Below are positions 52,006 through 55,099 of a DNA stretch of 55,099 bases, piece by piece. Below the pieces are notes generated by a model. The model saw nothing but the letters and a program-made list of their open reading frames with translations. It had not been told where the DNA came from and did not search any database. Source of the DNA: Verrucomicrobiota bacterium (lineage in GTDB: Bacteria; Verrucomicrobiota; Verrucomicrobiia; JABWAM01); the NCBI GenBank assembly GCA_016198745.1, contig JACQHZ010000407.1, positions 1 to 55,099 of the forward strand. The letters run 5' to 3'. The translations under genes and the position numbers were made by a program. Numbering within the stretch: position 1 is the stretch's first letter; the number at the start of each line of letters is the position of its first letter.

Positions 52006-54387
52006 TCAAGGTTCAAAGAGCCATTCGCCGAACTGGTCGGGCTTGGCCAGGTGTTCCTCGACGCCGTTCCAAGAGGTTACCTCGCGGGGATCGGCAGCCT
52101 CCTCGCGCGCGAGGTTGGCGCGCCACGCCTCGCCGGATGGCGCGCCCGCCCGCTTGAGCGACTCGAACGGGATCATCATCTCGACGGTCCAGCCCTTGTC
52201 GTTCTTCCGGACCGCCGCCTTCCACTCGAGGTCGTAAGCGGGCTTGTCGTTGAGGCCATCCCACTGGACCCCGTTGGGATTCACGGAAAGGTGCCACCAG
52301 CGCTGCGGCTCGGGCGCGTCGCAGAAGAAGACCTCGACGACGTCCCCGTGGTAAACCTTGTCATCGTCGCGGGCCGCCCCCTCCGAAATCACGTCCGCCC
52401 CCTTTGCCTCGGCGCAGTCGAAGGCGATCAAGAGCGCGTCGTCGGTGTAGAACAGGCGTGCGGTTGTTGCGCGGATGCCGGGGTTGCGGGTGCCGGCGCG
52501 GCGGAAGTCGTCGGCCACGGCAGCCTTCTTCCACGCGGGGTCGGAGAGATCCCCGTCGAGCTTCGGGACAGCGCCCGCGAGTCGCGGGATGCGCAGTGTT
52601 CGTTTCTCGGGAGTCCAAACCTGCGAGGGCGCACCGGCGAGCGCGAAGTTGTTCGGGGCGTCGGCGAGCATCTTCTCCACCTCCGCGTCGGGGCGGTAGA
52701 ACGGAGACTTCTCATTGGACGGGATGAGGCTGACGCGCCGCAGGTTGTAGTGAAGCTGGGCCATGTTGTCGCCGAGCAGGGTGAGGCGCTTCCGCTGCGG
52801 CTCGGTCGCGGCCTTCGCAAGCGCCTCCGTGTAGAGGGTCTCAAGCTTCGACAGGAGTGGCACGTGCACATCGGCGATCACGGCGTAGGTGACGTCGTAG
52901 TTGCGCTTCTCCTTCTCCTTGAGCTTGTTCTGGCGGAAGCCGTCGTCAAGAAGCTGGTAGAAGCGTGCGATGGATTCCCACCCGGGCCCGTACGCACGCG
53001 CCAGATATTCCCGGTAAAGGGCATCCACGTCCTGCGACGAATCCCACATGAGCCGGGCGAGCAGGTAGTTGAGCACGCCGCCGTAGCCCCAGGCCTCCGC
53101 GCCGGCCTGGTTCATCGTCTGGTAGCCGAGCTTCTTGAGCGTCGGCATCTCCAGCTTGAGGATTTCGAGGGCCGGCGGCACGGGCGCGCCGGATGTGGAG
53201 CGGAAGAAGTGCGAGTAGCTGCTGTAGCTCAAGTTGGGGGTGAGGCGGCGCCAGTTCTCCGCAATGCGCGTGAACTCGTCGCGGTACTTCGGTTTGTAGA
53301 GCCCCATGCCGTAGTATTCGAGCGCGGCCCAGTTCAGATAGACGTTGGAGTTCACCTCCACCGGCTTTGAGGGCGGGTACATGTAGTTGTAGTAAACAAT
53401 CCCGGCCAGCTTCTTGTCGGGACACTTCGGGATGACGAGTCGCGCCACGTCATTGTAAAACTTGAGGACGACTACGCTGTAGGAGGGATCGCCGTGCGGG
53501 TCGTTTTCGACGAGCGCGAGGCACTTCGGGCATGTGCAGAAGCCGCCGCCGTCCTCAGGAGAGATCGAGTGGAAGCGGTTGCCCGAGCGCTTCCCGATGA
53601 TCTGGACCACTCCGTCGGAAAAGGCTTTTACCAGTTCCTTGTTGCTGGTGCAGAACTTGCCCTTGTCGCCGTTCACTGCCATCCATTCAGGGTGCTTCTT
53701 GAGGGTCTCCGCATCAATCGGCTCGTCCCACGCGTGCCCCGCCCCCAGGTGCCAAGCACCCCCCGTGCGCTGGCGGCGAAGCCAGATGTCCACCTCCGAC
53801 AACCCGTTGCGGGTGCCCGGACCGGTCTGGCGGACGGCGTAGAGGGCGCGCATCTTGAAGGCCGGCTTCCCCGCCATCGTCTCGCCCGGGAAAACCCACT
53901 CCGAACGCTTCGGGATGTCCTCGCCCACGTCGCCCGGCATAAGCCACCGCGCGTCGAGGGTCTTTTCGAGTAGGTCATACGTCCCGCAGAGCGTGCCCTG
54001 GCTCGTGCCATGTCCATCCGCCGCGCCCCAGGCGAGGCGGCCGGCGGGCGTGTCGTGGCCGACGATGAAGAGGTCCCGCCCTTTCACGATAACACGGTAT
54101 TCCTCTTCTTCCATCTTCATCCCGTCGAGGCCGGCGGCCTTCGCAGCGTCGCTGTCGCCAAGCGCGATCATGGGTGTCGCCGGGGCGTTCACGATGGGGA
54201 GCTTGACCCCCGTGGCGATCTCCACGGCGCGCTGGATTTCCTGCGCGGCGATTTTCACCGGGTTCGGGGCGGCCTCGGAGTAGTAAATGCTGTGGTCGGA
54301 TTTGCCTTCGCGGACGAGGACGAGCGGCTCGGCCGGGGCCGGTGCGGCGAGGACAGCGATCAGGACGAGGAGAAGGGATTTTATCAT
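52006..54387 (-). CDS. DUF4838-like protein with C-terminal CBM9-like domain (copy 2)
   Basis: Start set at MIKSLLLVLIAVLAAPAPA (ATG 54387). FCTCPKCLAL motif. C-terminus [53 protein letters not shown]. The 42 upstream codons of the ORF (to 54513) cross a decayed leader. Confidence 0.7.
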   Translation of the reverse strand: MIKSLLLVLIAVLAAPAPAEPLVLVREGKSDHSIYYSEAAPNPVKIAAQEIQRAVEIATGVKLPIVNAPATPMIALGDSDAAKAAGLDGMKMEEEEYRVIVKGRDLFIVGHDTPAGRLAWGAADGHGTSQGTLCGTYDLLEKTLDARWLMPGDVGEDIPKRSEWVFPGETMAGKPAFKMRALYAVRQTGPGTRNGLSEVDIWLRRQRTGGAWHLGAGHAWDEPIDAETLKKHPEWMAVNGDKGKFCTSNKELVKAFSDGVVQIIGKRSGNRFHSISPEDGGGFCTCPKCLALVENDPHGDPSYSVVVLKFYNDVARLVIPKCPDKKLAGIVYYNYMYPPSKPVEVNSNVYLNWAALEYYGMGLYKPKYRDEFTRIAENWRRLTPNLSYSSYSHFFRSTSGAPVPPALEILKLEMPTLKKLGYQTMNQAGAEAWGYGGVLNYLLARLMWDSSQDVDALYREYLARAYGPGWESIARFYQLLDDGFRQNKLKEKEKRNYDVTYAVIADVHVPLLSKLETLYTEALAKAATEPQRKRLTLLGDNMAQLHYNLRRVSLIPSNEKSPFYRPDAEVEKMLADAPNNFALAGAPSQVWTPEKRTLRIPRLAGAVPKLDGDLSDPAWKKAAVADDFRRAGTRNPGIRATTARLFYTDDALLIAFDCAEAKGADVISEGAARDDDKVYHGDVVEVFFCDAPEPQRWWHLSVNPNGVQWDGLNDKPAYDLEWKAAVRKNDKGWTVEMMIPFESLKRAGAPSGEAWRANLAREEAADPREVTSWNGVEEHLAKPDQFGEWLFEP

Positions 54388-54516
54388 GGGAGCGGCACCG
54401 AGGTTGGGGTGGTAGAGGTCATTGTAAGCAGCGCGCGCGTCACCCGGTAGTGCCAGGTGAGCGCGCAAAGGTACGCCCCCACCAGCAAGGCGAGCGGAAG
54501 AAGACGGCGACATTTG

Positions 54517-54558
54517 CCCACTGATAACTGATCACTCATAACTGATCACTGGTCACTG
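54517..54558. repeat. six tandem imperfect heptamers at the DUF1559/DUF4838 junction, copy 2
   Basis: Plus strand: CCCACTG ATAACTG ATCACTC ATAACTG ATCACTG GTCACTG. On the minus strand, the ATG that overlaps the DUF1559 stop (54566..54564) hits TGA after 6 codons inside this tract. Confidence 0.8.
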
Positions 54559-54562
54559 ATCC

Positions 54563-55099
54563 TCATGGCGTCCATTGATAACTGTCGTTCACAAACTTCT
54601 CAACCGGTTGCTTCTCGGCGTGCCCGTCCACCATGACCACGTTGATTGTCTTGTTGTGACGGCCGACGATGGCGTCCTTGGTGAAATCGGCATTCCACAT
54701 GGCCGTGCCCGCCGGGTTGCAGCCAGGGATGTACCAAAAGGCGTAGGACGGACTCAACGCGGTGCTTTGTCGGATCATAAATCCGCCGGAATCGAAAACG
54801 AAAATGATTCGCCCGGGTTCTGCGACCGATGACAATTTTCGCGGAGGATCACACAGGTCTCTGAGAAGCCCGTAGTTACCGTTTAACATATTCCCAGCGG
54901 CCAGAGTGCCAGATGGGCAACGCTCCCATTCGATGATTTCCACGGCAGAGACATTTCTTCCAGTTACAGTTTTCGCAACCCGATGCTGCCAGTAGACATC
55001 TGTTGTTCCATCGGACCACCAACCGGTCGGGCAATAATCATTTTCATCGTTGGCGTACATCAAGAGTCCGTGATACAGGTTCTTGAGATTGGACAGGCA
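54563..55099 (-). CDS. DUF1559-like prepilin-type protein, 5'-partial (runs off the window)
   Basis: C-terminal [27 protein letters not shown]. Strongly similar to 40061..40822 at protein level and, for the last ~60 nt of the window, at DNA level (40541..40600). Confidence 0.8.
   Translation of the reverse strand, partial: CLSNLKNLYHGLLMYANDENDYCPTGWWSDGTTDVYWQHRVAKTVTGRNVSAVEIIEWERCPSGTLAAGNMLNGNYGLLRDLCDPPRKLSSVAEPGRIIFVFDSGGFMIRQSTALSPSYAFWYIPGCNPAGTAMWNADFTKDAIVGRHNKTINVVMVDGHAEKQPVEKFVNDSYQWTP

Noticed and set aside
52051-53370. 439-aa plus-strand ORF inside 52006..54387
   Set aside because: Shadow ORF antisense to the DUF4838 copy-2 gene. It has the same compositional signature as the other high-GC antisense ORFs.

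Overview
This is a 55.1-kb segment of a mostly high-GC bacterial chromosome. From gene content alone I infer a PVC-superphylum-like (Verrucomicrobiota/Planctomycetota/Lentisphaerota-type) glycan degrader. The supporting content is eight prepilin-type 'FTL(I/V)ELLVV...DGH' DUF1559-like genes plus one remnant, three DUF4838/CBM9-like secreted proteins, two LamG proteins, a GH29 fucosidase, ThuA and Gfo/Idh/MocA oxidoreductases, and an FAD oxidoreductase.

Layout:
- 0.1-12.4 kb: minus-strand catabolic genes. These are an amidohydrolase, a fucosidase, and a tightly overlapping operon of SDR, Gfo/Idh/MocA, M20 deacylase, ALDH, aminotransferase, alpha-oxoamine synthase and an orphan GH42-like protein.
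- 12.5-19.6 kb: an AraC regulator, a discoidin-domain GH-like protein, two oxidoreductases and a Uma2 nuclease.
- 19.7-31.9 kb: a mosaic, partly AT-rich accessory region. It holds an IS91-type transposase remnant, an orphan 1033-aa repeat protein, several gene fragments, three frameshifted pseudogenes and a 210-bp hairpin-rich insertion.
- 32.2-40.8 kb and 44.1-55.1 kb: two long minus-strand operons built around a duplicated core of DUF1559 pseudopilin, DUF4838/CBM9 and LamG.
- 41.1-44.0 kb: URO-D-like genes interrupted by a HEPN/MNT toxin-antitoxin cassette flanked by 218-bp direct repeats.

Several multi-copy non-coding elements link these loci: a triple-box operator, a portable promoter/leader cassette, a 13-bp palindrome and heptamer repeat tracts. 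I saw no rRNA, tRNA or CRISPR array. All family calls come from motif recognition by eye. No searches were run.
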